Position numbers and translations under genes: made by a program. Below, one piece after another: positions 9,709 through 18,900 of a stretch of DNA of 64,000 bases. Under the pieces are notes generated by a model. That model was not told the DNA's origin. It worked only from the letters and a program-made list of their open reading frames with translations, and did not search any database. Source of the DNA: Candidatus Yanofskybacteria bacterium CG10_big_fil_rev_8_21_14_0_10_46_23 (GTDB lineage Bacteria; Patescibacteriota; Minisyncoccia; 2-02-FULL-40-12; IGHO2-12-FULL-4); assembly GCA_002771135.1 (NCBI GenBank), contig PCXO01000005.1, positions 38,061-102,060 of the forward strand, written 5' to 3'. Every line of letters begins with the position of its first letter. The stretch's first letter is position 1.

Positions 9709-10565
9709 ACAAATTAATTTGTTTTCTAAACGGCCAATTTCTCCCGATCACCGAGGCCAAGATTTCGGTCCAAGATCTGGGGCTCTCCCGAGCTTTTGGA
9801 GTTTTTGACAGTATCCGGCTTTATCGGGGCCAACCCCTCCATCTCGAAGATCACCTAAATCGATTCCGGGAATCGGCCAACGTGATCAACTTAGAACTGC
9901 CCGATAATTTTGAAGAAATGCCCGCCGTGATTAAGGCCCTTTTTGAAAAGAATAACGCTAATTTCAAAACGGACGCCTTTGTCAAAATTATTCTTACCGG
10001 GGGGCCTTCTCCTGATAGTTTCAGCTACAGTAGAGACCACTCAACCCTGATGGCCTTAATGTTTGGACTTTCGGATAATCTTGCGATTGAACAGACGGAG
10101 GGTGTAAAGGCGATTACCCAAGAGTACAAAAGAATTTTTCCCGAGGCCAAAACTTTAAATTATACGGTTCGGTTCGCTCTTCAAGATAAAATTAAATCAG
10201 CCGGAGCCAAAGAGTTGGTTTATATTCATGATGGAAAAATTCTAGAGGGTTCGATGAGCAATTTTTTCCTAATAAAAGATAACCTTTTAGTCACCCCGGA
10301 CTCCGGAATTTTAAAAGGCGTTACCCGAAAAGTTGCTCTACATCTGGCTCAAGAGGCTAATTTTGAAATTCAAGAACGTCCGGTCCTACTGTCGGAGCTA
10401 GCTTCTGCTCAAGAGGCCTTTATCACTTCAACGGCCCGGGAAATAACGCCATTGGTGCAACTGGATGAGACGGTCATTGGCGGTGGTCAGCCCGGAGTCA
10501 AAACGAAACAGTTGATCGAGACCTTCAAGCGCTATGTTCAGGATTACTCGCCGCCGGCCCTATAA
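9705..10565 (+). CDS. class IV (fold-type IV PLP) aminotransferase; D-amino-acid / branched-chain aminotransferase / ADC lyase family
   Basis: GVFDSIRLYRGQPLHLEDHLNRFRESA N-terminal signature of the IlvE/Dat/PabC family; 286 aa. Confidence 0.65.
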   Translation: MNKLICFLNGQFLPITEAKISVQDLGLSRAFGVFDSIRLYRGQPLHLEDHLNRFRESANVINLELPDNFEEMPAVIKALFEKNNANFKTDAFVKIILTGGPSPDSFSYSRDHSTLMALMFGLSDNLAIEQTEGVKAITQEYKRIFPEAKTLNYTVRFALQDKIKSAGAKELVYIHDGKILEGSMSNFFLIKDNLLVTPDSGILKGVTRKVALHLAQEANFEIQERPVLLSELASAQEAFITSTAREITPLVQLDETVIGGGQPGVKTKQLIETFKRYVQDYSPPAL

Positions 10566-10587
10566 AGATCGACTCCATTCTCGAAAA

Positions 10588-11352
10588 ATGAAACATCAGC
10601 GTCTAAGATGGGCCTTTTTGGCGTTGGGGCTATTGGTAGTTTTGGGAGTGGGGATTTATGGTTTGTTTTTTGCCGACCTTTTTAATGTTGAAGCGATTGA
10701 GATTTCTGGAAACAGCGCCATCAATCACAATTTAATTTTAGATTCGGTTAACCAATATCTCGAAAACCGTCGCTTTAATATCCCCCGACGACTGAATATA
10801 TTTTTGGTCAATAAGGATAGCCTTGCCGAAGCGATTCGGGGCGTTTCCTCCCGGATTGAAACGGTTAAGATAAAGAAGGGTTTATTCCATGAAATCAAGG
10901 TCGAGATAACGGAATTTAAAACTTTTGGGGTTTGGTGCCAATTAAAAATTGACCAATGTTTTTCGATTGATAAGGCCGGGCGTGCTTTTGAAGAAGCGCC
11001 CGCTTCTTCGGGCTTGATTCTTCTCCATGTTGATGACCATCGAGATAAAACGCTTGAAATTGGCCAGACGGTCCTTGAGAAAGATTGGTTAGAGCAACTG
11101 ATCTTGGCGCGAGAACTTCTTGATCAAAAATTGGAGTTAAAGACCCTGAACATAGTTTTAGTCGAAGATGGTTTTGGTGAGTATCAAATTGAGACTAACG
11201 AAGGTTGGCGCCTTCTTTTGAAGAGAGATTTGTCGACGCAAAATCAGATCGACGCCCTGAGTATATTCTTGGAGAAAGAACTTACAAAATCGGAACGAGC
11301 AAATTTAACCTATGTTGACGCGCGGATAAAAAACCGCTTTTATTATCAGTAG
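10588..11352 (+). CDS. ftsQ: cell division protein FtsQ/DivIB-like (POTRA domain)
   Basis: ATG at 10588 gives MKHQRLRWAFLALGLLVVLG... (N-terminal TM) then a POTRA-like region (NVEAIEISGNSAINHNLI). Confidence 0.5.
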   Translation: MKHQRLRWAFLALGLLVVLGVGIYGLFFADLFNVEAIEISGNSAINHNLILDSVNQYLENRRFNIPRRLNIFLVNKDSLAEAIRGVSSRIETVKIKKGLFHEIKVEITEFKTFGVWCQLKIDQCFSIDKAGRAFEEAPASSGLILLHVDDHRDKTLEIGQTVLEKDWLEQLILARELLDQKLELKTLNIVLVEDGFGEYQIETNEGWRLLLKRDLSTQNQIDALSIFLEKELTKSERANLTYVDARIKNRFYYQ

Positions 11353-11371
11353 TTTTTAAGGGAGGTTTCTA

Positions 11372-11584
11372 ATGTATCAGCGATGCTGCTTCTGTGGTCG
11401 GGGCAGAGTTGTCCTGAAAAGAGTGCGATGCGAGGTGGGCCAGAGACCTGCTTTCGCCTGCGTAGATTGCCTTGAGAGAGGGGAAACTCAGTGCTCCCGT
11501 CATCCCCGTCGGAGATTGATCCGGGGCGAATCCCTGAATTGCTCCGGCTGTAAGAAAAATTTTGTCCCCACTTTACAGGGCTGA
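11372..11584 (+). CDS. small Cys/Arg-rich protein (9 Cys, 12 Arg in 70 aa; three CxxC pairs), putative zinc-ribbon protein
   Basis: AGGGAGGT RBS 7 nt upstream of the ATG; CCFC...CVDC...CSGC spacing; GC content clearly above surroundings. Confidence 0.4.
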   Translation: MYQRCCFCGRGRVVLKRVRCEVGQRPAFACVDCLERGETQCSRHPRRRLIRGESLNCSGCKKNFVPTLQG

Positions 11585-11621
11585 CCTCGTTTCTTTAGGA
11601 GAGGGACGGGGTTTTTGTTTA

Positions 11622-13397
11622 CTAAAATTTATAAATGAAGATAGAGTTTCCGATTCGTTCGACGGGCTCTTGGTTTAAGAGCCAACCATAGTTTTGCTCC
11701 GGATCGGCCAGACTATTTACTAAAAAAGTAGCGGAGACGCCGATCCAACCCTCCGATTGATTATGATTTTTAAAATCAACCAAGTTTCGATAAGTTCCGG
11801 AGTTTATCCAGATTCTACGGCCGGGTAAATAGTATTCGGGATCGGCCCAGCCGAAGTAATCCAGATCAATTTTTTTAATATCATTCTCGATCAGCCAATC
11901 GCCTAAGCGTTTTAAATCCTGCCCCCAGTCTAGGTTGGAATCAACCACGATCTCGTGCGCGTTTTCCTGAGGCACGGTTTCATTAAAATAGGTTAAGTAA
12001 TAGGGGTAGATTGAGTGGTTCTCGTAGAAATACCAACCTAATAATCCCACAATAAAGAGACTAAATCCGGCTAATCCCTTTTTATAATGATATTGTTTTA
12101 GATGCTTAAAAATTTTATCAATCTGTCCGGCGACTAAGATAATGGTGAAGGGGTAAATTGGCAGAATGTGTCGAAGGCCGATATTAAGGTTACTTCGAAT
12201 ACTGATAAACCAATACAGGGCCAACCAAAGAAGCATAAAAAACTCTAAAAAGTTCTCCCGAATCAGTTTAAGGGGTCGGCGATAATTGGCGCGATCAGCC
12301 CGGAGACCGATAAAGATGAGGGCGGAAATAACTAAAGCCCACCAAGCCAGCGGTTCTTTAACAAGATAAACGATGGGGAAATAACTTTTTCGGCCATCTT
12401 GGGTTATATCTCCCAAAAAGAAAGCCGTGTTCCCGCCCTCTGATCGCTGTAGGGTTAGACCCAGACCAAGAGCATAGTGTCCGAGGGCCCGGAGCCCCGA
12501 TTTATCACTGGCCCAGCGAAGGATATTTTTAGGGGCATTGTCTGGGAAAGATTGAGTTAAGCTCGTTGTGTCGCTAACTTGGCGCTCAAGAGGATAATTT
12601 TTTGTCAGGACTAAGTAAGTTGGCCAGATTATTATCAAAAAGGTGACAAAAATAATTAAGATGGTTTTGCCGGTAAGGTTAGCTCCCCGAATAATTTTTT
12701 GTTTAAGAAGCAAACCGCTCTGTGTTAGGCCAAAAATAAAGGCGCTAATGATAAAGAAGGGGATTAATAGAATAGTTGAGAATTTAGCAAGGAGGGCGAA
12801 ACCGAGTCCGAGAATCAGCCCTAAAGCATTCTTTCTCGTTTGGTGATGAAGAAATCTTAAAAATAGAAATGAGGCCAAAGTTACTCCGAACATAGCCAAA
12901 AAATCAGTTGCCACGAATCGACTGTGAGCGATAATTGTCGGCGAGAAGGCGAAAATAATTAGAGCAATAAATCCCCCGATTGTTCCGTAATGATTTTTTG
13001 TCCAGCTAAAGATTAGGAGGCTGGCCAGAGCGAAGATGCCAACAAAGGGAAATTTTACGCTCCGGGTAGCCTGCTGAGAGTCCGTGATGGTTCCAAATAA
13101 AAGTTGCCGACCAAATTCCCATTGACCATTCAGGGCTTCAGTCCAACTTGCCGATTGAAATAGGCCGGCGTCATCAAAGTTCAGAAATAACAGCGGAGTC
13201 GCTCCGATAAGCTTTGCTAGGGGTGGGTGCTCGGGGTTAAGGCGATAATCTAACTTGGTCAAATACGAATAACCGGCCCCGATATGCGGGACCTCGTCGA
13301 CGATAAGAGAATCTTGCCAGAAACTGCCAATTGACAAGATTAGAGATAGGATGATAATGGCAGAGGCGATTAAAGCTCTCTGAATCTGAGTCTTCAT
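11622..13397 (-). CDS. lipid-carrier-dependent glycosyltransferase, GT39/GT83 (PMT/ArnT-like) family, polytopic membrane protein
   Basis: 591 aa, about 12 TM; N-terminal loop with DEVPH and NPEHPPLAK motifs characteristic of PMT/ArnT-type C-type glycosyltransferases. Confidence 0.6.
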   Translation of the reverse strand: MKTQIQRALIASAIIILSLILSIGSFWQDSLIVDEVPHIGAGYSYLTKLDYRLNPEHPPLAKLIGATPLLFLNFDDAGLFQSASWTEALNGQWEFGRQLLFGTITDSQQATRSVKFPFVGIFALASLLIFSWTKNHYGTIGGFIALIIFAFSPTIIAHSRFVATDFLAMFGVTLASFLFLRFLHHQTRKNALGLILGLGFALLAKFSTILLIPFFIISAFIFGLTQSGLLLKQKIIRGANLTGKTILIIFVTFLIIIWPTYLVLTKNYPLERQVSDTTSLTQSFPDNAPKNILRWASDKSGLRALGHYALGLGLTLQRSEGGNTAFFLGDITQDGRKSYFPIVYLVKEPLAWWALVISALIFIGLRADRANYRRPLKLIRENFLEFFMLLWLALYWFISIRSNLNIGLRHILPIYPFTIILVAGQIDKIFKHLKQYHYKKGLAGFSLFIVGLLGWYFYENHSIYPYYLTYFNETVPQENAHEIVVDSNLDWGQDLKRLGDWLIENDIKKIDLDYFGWADPEYYLPGRRIWINSGTYRNLVDFKNHNQSEGWIGVSATFLVNSLADPEQNYGWLLNQEPVERIGNSIFIYKF

Positions 13398-13414
13398 GGG
13401 GAGGGAAGGAGATT

Positions 13415-13678
13415 ATGCCCTCAGTCTTTCTTATTTTATTTCTAGGAATTATTACCCTGCTGATTTGTTTTTTAACTTTGGCAGGGGTGTTCCTTCTGGG
13501 TTACTGTCTCGCTAAGGTCGCTTGGGTCTTGTTTCTAAAAAATGATGCGGAGTTTAAAGATGTCGCTGAATTCTTCGTCATTTCTTTGTTTGGCGGGTTG
13601 ATCTTAGCTCTCGGTAGCTTTCTTAGTTTCCTAGTTCATCTATTTTCACTCATCGCTACCTTGGCGGCAAATTCATGA
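13415..13678 (+). CDS. small hydrophobic membrane protein (hypothetical)
   Basis: AAGGAGA RBS; 87 aa with 2-3 TM segments. Confidence 0.3.
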   Translation: MPSVFLILFLGIITLLICFLTLAGVFLLGYCLAKVAWVLFLKNDAEFKDVAEFFVISLFGGLILALGSFLSFLVHLFSLIATLAANS

Positions 13679-13701
13679 TGGCCGCCTTTTTATTACCCTA
13701 A

Positions 13702-14817
13702 TCAGAGGCTATTTTCAAGGTCTTGGCTTTCGAGTAGCCTTGCCGGGCTAGCCCATTGATTGAAATAGCGGTCGTATTGATAAAGGCCAATAGCGACAAG
13801 AAGGAGAATGAGCGTGGCGGTAACGGCGAAAACCGCTTGGTGCGGGCCCTTTCGGATATCAATCCAGCGATAAAGACTGAGGAATGCCCACCAGAACCCC
13901 TTGGCGGCCATCAAATAGGCCACAGGAGCGATGATAACGGCTAAGCGCGCGTTAACCCCGCTCCCGAAGAAAGATACTCCCAAAAGCCCTCCGATAAGCC
14001 AAATTATGGACAAAAGGGGAACGAGGGCTAAGTGGTGATGGTTTTGCCAATATTTGAATAAATCGCGGGCAATATTTATAAGGCCGATTAGGAAGAAAAG
14101 TCCAACCAGCCAAAACAATTGCGGTGAGCCGGGAATATTTTGGTCCGGATTTATGTCCCCCTGAAAATTGAACATGGCTAAATTCAGCCCCAGATTCTTT
14201 AGCAGGTTTGTGAAGGGAGTTGGAGTTTGGAAGACGGAGTTGTTAAAATTTTCATTTAAAAACTGGCTCGACTGAAAGTAAAGGTTAAGGCCAATCGGGA
14301 ATCCGGCTAGAAGGGTGAATAATATCAGCACCCCAAGGCCCCGCGCCAGAGCGTTTCGGAGGTATTCATATTTATTTTGGGGATAATCTCGTTTTATTTT
14401 TTGTCGATGCGCAACCAGAACAACTATGACAACGAAAAAACCGACTAGGGCCAGGGGGCTCAGATACAGAGTGCTTCCCAGAAGAAGACCGCAGATGATG
14501 AAGGGCAGGACATCGGAGGTGCGCAACCCGCGCCAGAGGAAATAGAATAAAAAGACCAAAATTGTTGAAACTAAAATTTCTACTGTCCCCAAACGAGAAA
14601 CTAAGATGTGCCAGAAAGAGAAGCTGACTAAAGAGGCGGTGATTAGGGCGATTCGACGATTATAGAGCTCCCGGGCTAAGAGATAAAGGCCGAAAACGCC
14701 AATTACCCCCGATAGCGCCATTATAGCTTCAATCTGCCCGGCAAGAAGCCAAAATCTTGAGAAAAAACCAACGAGGACAATCAAGCTGACTGATAGAAAT
14801 TCCAATTTCCTGCTCAT
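13702..14817 (-). CDS. membrane glycosyltransferase, GT39/ArnT-like (second copy), hypothetical
   Basis: Start trimmed to ATG 14817 (MSRKLEF...); multi-TM with the loop pattern of the ArnT/PMT N-terminal region. Confidence 0.5.
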   Translation of the reverse strand: MSRKLEFLSVSLIVLVGFFSRFWLLAGQIEAIMALSGVIGVFGLYLLARELYNRRIALITASLVSFSFWHILVSRLGTVEILVSTILVFLFYFLWRGLRTSDVLPFIICGLLLGSTLYLSPLALVGFFVVIVVLVAHRQKIKRDYPQNKYEYLRNALARGLGVLILFTLLAGFPIGLNLYFQSSQFLNENFNNSVFQTPTPFTNLLKNLGLNLAMFNFQGDINPDQNIPGSPQLFWLVGLFFLIGLINIARDLFKYWQNHHHLALVPLLSIIWLIGGLLGVSFFGSGVNARLAVIIAPVAYLMAAKGFWWAFLSLYRWIDIRKGPHQAVFAVTATLILLLVAIGLYQYDRYFNQWASPARLLESQDLENSL

Positions 14818-14902
14818 GGTTATTTTATTATACCACGCCCCCGATTTTATTGAGGGGCTTATACACACAAAATTGATTTAAGAACTGCTAGAATGAGTCC
14901 AG

Positions 14903-15769
14903 ATGGCGCTCGATTTTATCTCATTTTTTTGGTTTATTTTAGGCTTCGGATTAATTTTAATCGCGACCATTTTTGTTGTTCATGGCCGGGGATTTAAATT
15001 AAAGCCAAGCCCGAGACCAAATCTGCTTCACTTAAAGATAGCGACGGGGCAAATATCCGCGGGGACAGAAATTGAAAAAATGACTAACTTTCTCGAGACC
15101 CTAAGCGATCTTCATCGGCACGCGCAAGGTTGGAATGTCTTCCTTTTGGGCCAACCCTATTTAATTTTAAATTTAATCGTTCAAAAAAATGACTTAGCCT
15201 TTATCGTCTCTTTTCCTCCGGCTCAAAAGAGGTATCTCCAAAATAAATTAGAGCAAGCCTTCCCAAGAATCCGGTGGACAGAAACTGATTTGAGTTGGGA
15301 TGACCCCCCTGCCCAAGGAGCGGTTTTGACTCTCGCTCAAAACTCAAGCAAGACAAATGAGGATAAGGAAGCCCTGCCAGCGCCGGGCAGTCTTTTCGTT
15401 GTCCAAGAATTGCAAGTTATTCAGCAGAGTTTTGTCGATCATGAAAGACTATACCTTCAACTTTTGATTCGGCCGTCCCATCATAAAAAGGGGGCTCATC
15501 TCTATCAAACCAACTTTCGAATCCTTACTTTTCAAACAACTCCGGAGCGCGGTCGAGATCTGATCGGCAAAGTCGAACGGCTCTTGGAGAGAATCGTTTT
15601 TGCTCGAAAAATTCACTTTAAATTAAATTTTCCGTCGATGTCAAATTCTAATTCGCTTCAAGAAAATTGTCGAGATTATCGCTTTGATTTTAAAAATAGT
15701 TTTTATTTGACTGCCTCCGAGTTGGCCGCGGTTTATCATTTTTTTGACTCGGGGATAAAGCATGACTAA
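14903..15769 (+). CDS. hypothetical protein with an N-terminal TM anchor
   Basis: 288-aa ORF with no recognisable motif; overlaps the start of the next gene, so probably co-transcribed. Confidence 0.4.
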   Translation: MALDFISFFWFILGFGLILIATIFVVHGRGFKLKPSPRPNLLHLKIATGQISAGTEIEKMTNFLETLSDLHRHAQGWNVFLLGQPYLILNLIVQKNDLAFIVSFPPAQKRYLQNKLEQAFPRIRWTETDLSWDDPPAQGAVLTLAQNSSKTNEDKEALPAPGSLFVVQELQVIQQSFVDHERLYLQLLIRPSHHKKGAHLYQTNFRILTFQTTPERGRDLIGKVERLLERIVFARKIHFKLNFPSMSNSNSLQENCRDYRFDFKNSFYLTASELAAVYHFFDSGIKHD

Positions 15770-16364
15770 ACGCGATTTTATCTTTGCCATTATCACGGGA
15801 CTTTTAACAGGGCTGGTCGCCGGGTTTATCTTTAGGCACTTTCAAATAGCCTTTCCCTTTGATTTTCCTTATTTTGGTCTTGTTATCTTCGTCCCGATCC
15901 TTTGGATTCTGGGGGTTTGGCTGGGCAATTTTTTAGGCCGTTGGGTCCCATTCTTTAGCGAGTTTGGTCGTTTTGTCGCCATTGGCTTTACCAACGCGGC
16001 CGTGGATTTCGGGATTCTTAATCTTTTGATTAATCTCTCCGGCCTTGCCCAAGGGACAGCCTTTTCTGTTTTTAAAAGCCTATCTTTTCTGGTCGCACTT
16101 ACCCATAGTTATTTTTGGAATCGTTTCTGGGTTTTCCATGCCCGGGAACAAACCGAAAAACAATTTACCCGATTTTTTGGAGTTAATCTTGTCGCTCTAG
16201 TCATTAACGTTTCGGTCGCTTCAGCGATTGTTAATCTCATCCCGCCTCTGGCGGGGTTAAGCGCTCCGGCTTGGGCTAATCTGGGGGCGGTCGCCGGCTC
16301 CGGGGTTGCTTTGATTTTTAGCTTTGTCGGTTTTCGAACTTTTGTCTTCAAGAAGAACCCCTAA
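15762..16364 (+). CDS. GtrA-family membrane protein (polysaccharide synthesis / flippase-associated)
   Basis: C-terminal half FGRFVAIGFTNAAVDFGILNLLI...THSYFWNRFWVF matches the GtrA-like domain pattern; 4-5 TM. Confidence 0.55.
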   Translation: MTKRDFIFAIITGLLTGLVAGFIFRHFQIAFPFDFPYFGLVIFVPILWILGVWLGNFLGRWVPFFSEFGRFVAIGFTNAAVDFGILNLLINLSGLAQGTAFSVFKSLSFLVALTHSYFWNRFWVFHAREQTEKQFTRFFGVNLVALVINVSVASAIVNLIPPLAGLSAPAWANLGAVAGSGVALIFSFVGFRTFVFKKNP

Positions 16365-16413
16365 AGACAGACCGGCTCCATTCTGTTATAAAACTAGATA
16401 AGAAGCTTTTATT

Positions 16414-17499
16414 ATGGCGGAAACACTTTATCGAAAATATCGCCCCGCTAGATTCAAGGATATTCGGGGCCAAGAGCACGTTACCCGGACGCTTAGGGGC
16501 GCGTTGATGTTGGATCGAGTCGCCCACGCCTATCTTTTCGCCGGTCCTCGGGGAACGGGGAAGACCACGATCGCCCGTATTTTCGCCAAGGCCTTGAACT
16601 GCGAGAATCTCAAAGAGGGAGAACCCTGTGACAAATGTTCCACTTGTCAGGCCATTAATGAATCGCGAAGTGTCGACATTATTGAAATTGATGGCGCCTC
16701 GAATCGAGGCATTGATGAAATTCGGAATATCAAAGAGATTGCCCGAGTCGCTTCCAGCCAGAATCGTTTTAAAGTCTTTATTATCGACGAGGTTCATTCG
16801 CTAACCAAGGATGCCTTTAACGCTTTACTAAAAACCTTGGAAGAGCCCCCCGCTCATGTAAAATTTATTTTGGCGACAACGGAGCCCCATAAACTTTTGC
16901 CCACGGTTTTGTCCCGAGTCCAACGTTTTGATTTTAAAAAATTAAGTTTGGCCGAAATTATTGATAAGTTAAAACACATCGTTCGTTCTGAAAAAATTTC
17001 GGCTGAAACGGATATTTTCCATATTATTGCGACCAACGCGGAGGGGTCCCTTCGAGATGCGGAAAGCAGTCTGGCCAAGTTAATTTCTGTCAGTGGGACA
17101 GCTATTACGCTTGATCAGGCCAAGGATATATTGGGCTTTATTCCCACCGATCAGTATGCTAAGGCGCTTGACCTGATTTTAGCTAAAGATCAATCCGGGG
17201 GAATAAAAATGATTAACGACCTCTACGTCTCGGGGGTAGACCTCAGTCTTTTTACCGACGGCCTGATAAACTTTTCTCGAAAAATAATTATTGCCAAGGC
17301 GGTGGATTCCCCGAAAGAAAGTCTGGGTGATGAATTTTTAGATGATCACCTCCAATATGTTGAAAAAATTGCCAATACCGTCGAATCGGCCGACTTAATC
17401 AAAATCATCAATCGGCTTATTCAAGTTCGTCACGATCTCAAAACCTCACCTATTCCCCAACTTCCACTGGAGCTGGCGATTATGGACTTAGCCATTTAG
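16414..17499 (+). CDS. dnaX: DNA polymerase III subunit gamma/tau (short form, AAA+ clamp-loader)
   Basis: YRPARFKDIRGQEHVTRTLRGAL...AYLFAGPRGTGKTTIARIFAKALNCE; Walker A; zinc module CDKCSTCQ; DEVH; SRVQRF sensor. Confidence 0.9.
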   Translation: MAETLYRKYRPARFKDIRGQEHVTRTLRGALMLDRVAHAYLFAGPRGTGKTTIARIFAKALNCENLKEGEPCDKCSTCQAINESRSVDIIEIDGASNRGIDEIRNIKEIARVASSQNRFKVFIIDEVHSLTKDAFNALLKTLEEPPAHVKFILATTEPHKLLPTVLSRVQRFDFKKLSLAEIIDKLKHIVRSEKISAETDIFHIIATNAEGSLRDAESSLAKLISVSGTAITLDQAKDILGFIPTDQYAKALDLILAKDQSGGIKMINDLYVSGVDLSLFTDGLINFSRKIIIAKAVDSPKESLGDEFLDDHLQYVEKIANTVESADLIKIINRLIQVRHDLKTSPIPQLPLELAIMDLAI

Positions 17500-17551
17500 A
17501 TTCCCCTAAACAAAAGCCCCCGCCTAAGGAGGCGAGGGGGCAAGAAAAAAG

Positions 17552-17869
17552 TTAGATCGCAGACAACAAAAACACTAGAAACCCAACCACAACGATGATG
17601 ATCCCGATCCCCATCGTGCGGGGGCAGTCTTTCTCAAAAAACCCATGGAACAGGGCCGTAAACCCTGCCAGAATCAATACGATTCCCAAAGTTCCGAAGG
17701 ATCCCCTCGGGGTTCCGTAAAGGGTTGTCTGGAAAATTAATCCGCCCGATATAATCCCTATATACCACAACCTAGAGCCGTTACTTTTTGGCCGGGAGAA
17801 TTCGGCTATTGTGAAAAGAACGAGATTGATACCCAGAATAAAAAAACCCTCACTTATGGCCTCACTCAT
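17552..17869 (-). CDS. small membrane protein (hypothetical)
   Basis: AAGGAGACC RBS before ATG 17869 (MSEAISEGFFILG...); 3 TM helices. Confidence 0.4.
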   Translation of the reverse strand: MSEAISEGFFILGINLVLFTIAEFSRPKSNGSRLWYIGIISGGLIFQTTLYGTPRGSFGTLGIVLILAGFTALFHGFFEKDCPRTMGIGIIIVVVGFLVFLLSAI

Positions 17870-17965
17870 TTCAAGGTCTCCTTTCCTCACTATAAAATAT
17901 TAATTTAGATTTCTTGTCAAGTAGGGGGTGGGAGACAAAAGCCCCGTTTGCGGGGCGTGGGGAGT

Positions 17966-18144
17966 CAGAAGCCGTGGAAGAGAAAGTGAAGGCTTGCTCC
18001 AAAAATAATGGAGAGCTTTGAAATTTTCTGGCCAATTTTAAATCCCTCAGCGTCACCCCACCTTTTGGATTTTATCATCGTCACAAAACCGGCACTCATC
18101 CATAACACCAGCAGGACTTCTAAGGCCCTGACTAGTTCATACAC
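17966..18144 (-). CDS. small protein (about 59 aa), hypothetical; coordinates +/-1
   Basis: GGAGGT RBS 6 nt before a GTG start; reads VYELVRALEVLLVLWMSAGFVTMIKSKRWGDAEGFKIGQKISKLSIIFGASLHFLFHGF; downstream hairpin GCCCCGCAAACGGGGCTTTTG. Confidence 0.3.
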
Positions 18145-18266
18145 GGGTTACCTCCTCTGGAAAGTTCTAAGGTTATAAAAACATTATCTTTAAATTAAGT
18201 CAAGTAGAGCTTCTTGGCTTTGTAAAAAGTCAACTTTCGTGGTATTATTTTTCGAGAATTTAGTAT

Positions 18267-18337
18267 TGCCGGGTCGTCTAAAGGTAAGACTACGGTTTTT
18301 GGGACCGTCTATCGGGGTTCGAATCCCTGCCCGGCAG
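18267..18337 (+). tRNA. tRNA-Gln (anticodon TTG)
   Basis: Manual fold: acceptor TGCCGGG/CCCGGCA, D-stem GTCT/AGAC, anticodon stem ACGGT/ACCGT with loop TTTTGGG, T-arm CGGGG-TTCGAAT-CCCTG; no encoded CCA. Confidence 0.75.
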
Positions 18338-18374
18338 CTATCCTTCGCCAAGGCTTCGGAATAGCCTTGCTAAT

Positions 18375-18668
18375 ATGTATTATGTATATATTTTATACAG
18401 TTCAAAATCTAAAAACTTTTATTTTGGCTATACCGAGAATCTAAAGAAAAGATTTGGGGAACATAATAAAGGACTATCAAAAGCTACGGCTCCATATATA
18501 CCCTGGAAATTAGTATTCTATAGTGCTTTTGATACCATTAAAAAAGCCAAAGATTTTGAACTGTATTTAAAAACAGGATCGGGTAAAGCTTTTGCTTATA
18601 AAAGATTATTAAATTCCGAAGCCTTGAAGAAGGATTTGGGCCGAGGTGTTCCGAAACTCGGAGAGTGA
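18375..18668 (+). CDS. GIY-YIG nuclease family protein (small stand-alone)
   Basis: MYYVYILYSSKSKNFYFGYTENLKKRFGEHN - canonical GIY...YIG and R...E...N motifs; immediately downstream of tRNA-Gln. Confidence 0.75.
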   Translation: MYYVYILYSSKSKNFYFGYTENLKKRFGEHNKGLSKATAPYIPWKLVFYSAFDTIKKAKDFELYLKTGSGKAFAYKRLLNSEALKKDLGRGVPKLGE

Positions 18669-18900
18669 AGGACATCCCGGCAGCACTTCGACTCGCTTGC
18701 TTCAACAAGTTCAGCACAAGTCGCTCGCTCAGTGCGAGCACTGTGAGGCTTAGTTTTGCTCAGGAGGGACAGCCGACGAACGTAGGCGAGGAGGTACTGA
18801 GCCCAGCAGGGCGAATGTGCCACATTGTATGAATCGGAAAGGTTGCCTCATAAAAAGTGGAAAGGACGCAAATGAATCAAAGAGCTATAAACTTACAAAT

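Noticed and set aside
11353-11621. Considered whether the GC-rich block is RNase P RNA, SRP RNA, tmRNA or 6S RNA rather than a coding ORF.
   Set aside because: The hallmark motifs I checked are absent: the RNase P P4 GGAAAGTCCGG motif, the SRP domain IV GGAAGCAGC motif, and the tmRNA tRNA-like 3' end. The region has an ideal RBS and a clean 70-codon frame, so it is kept as a small-protein candidate.
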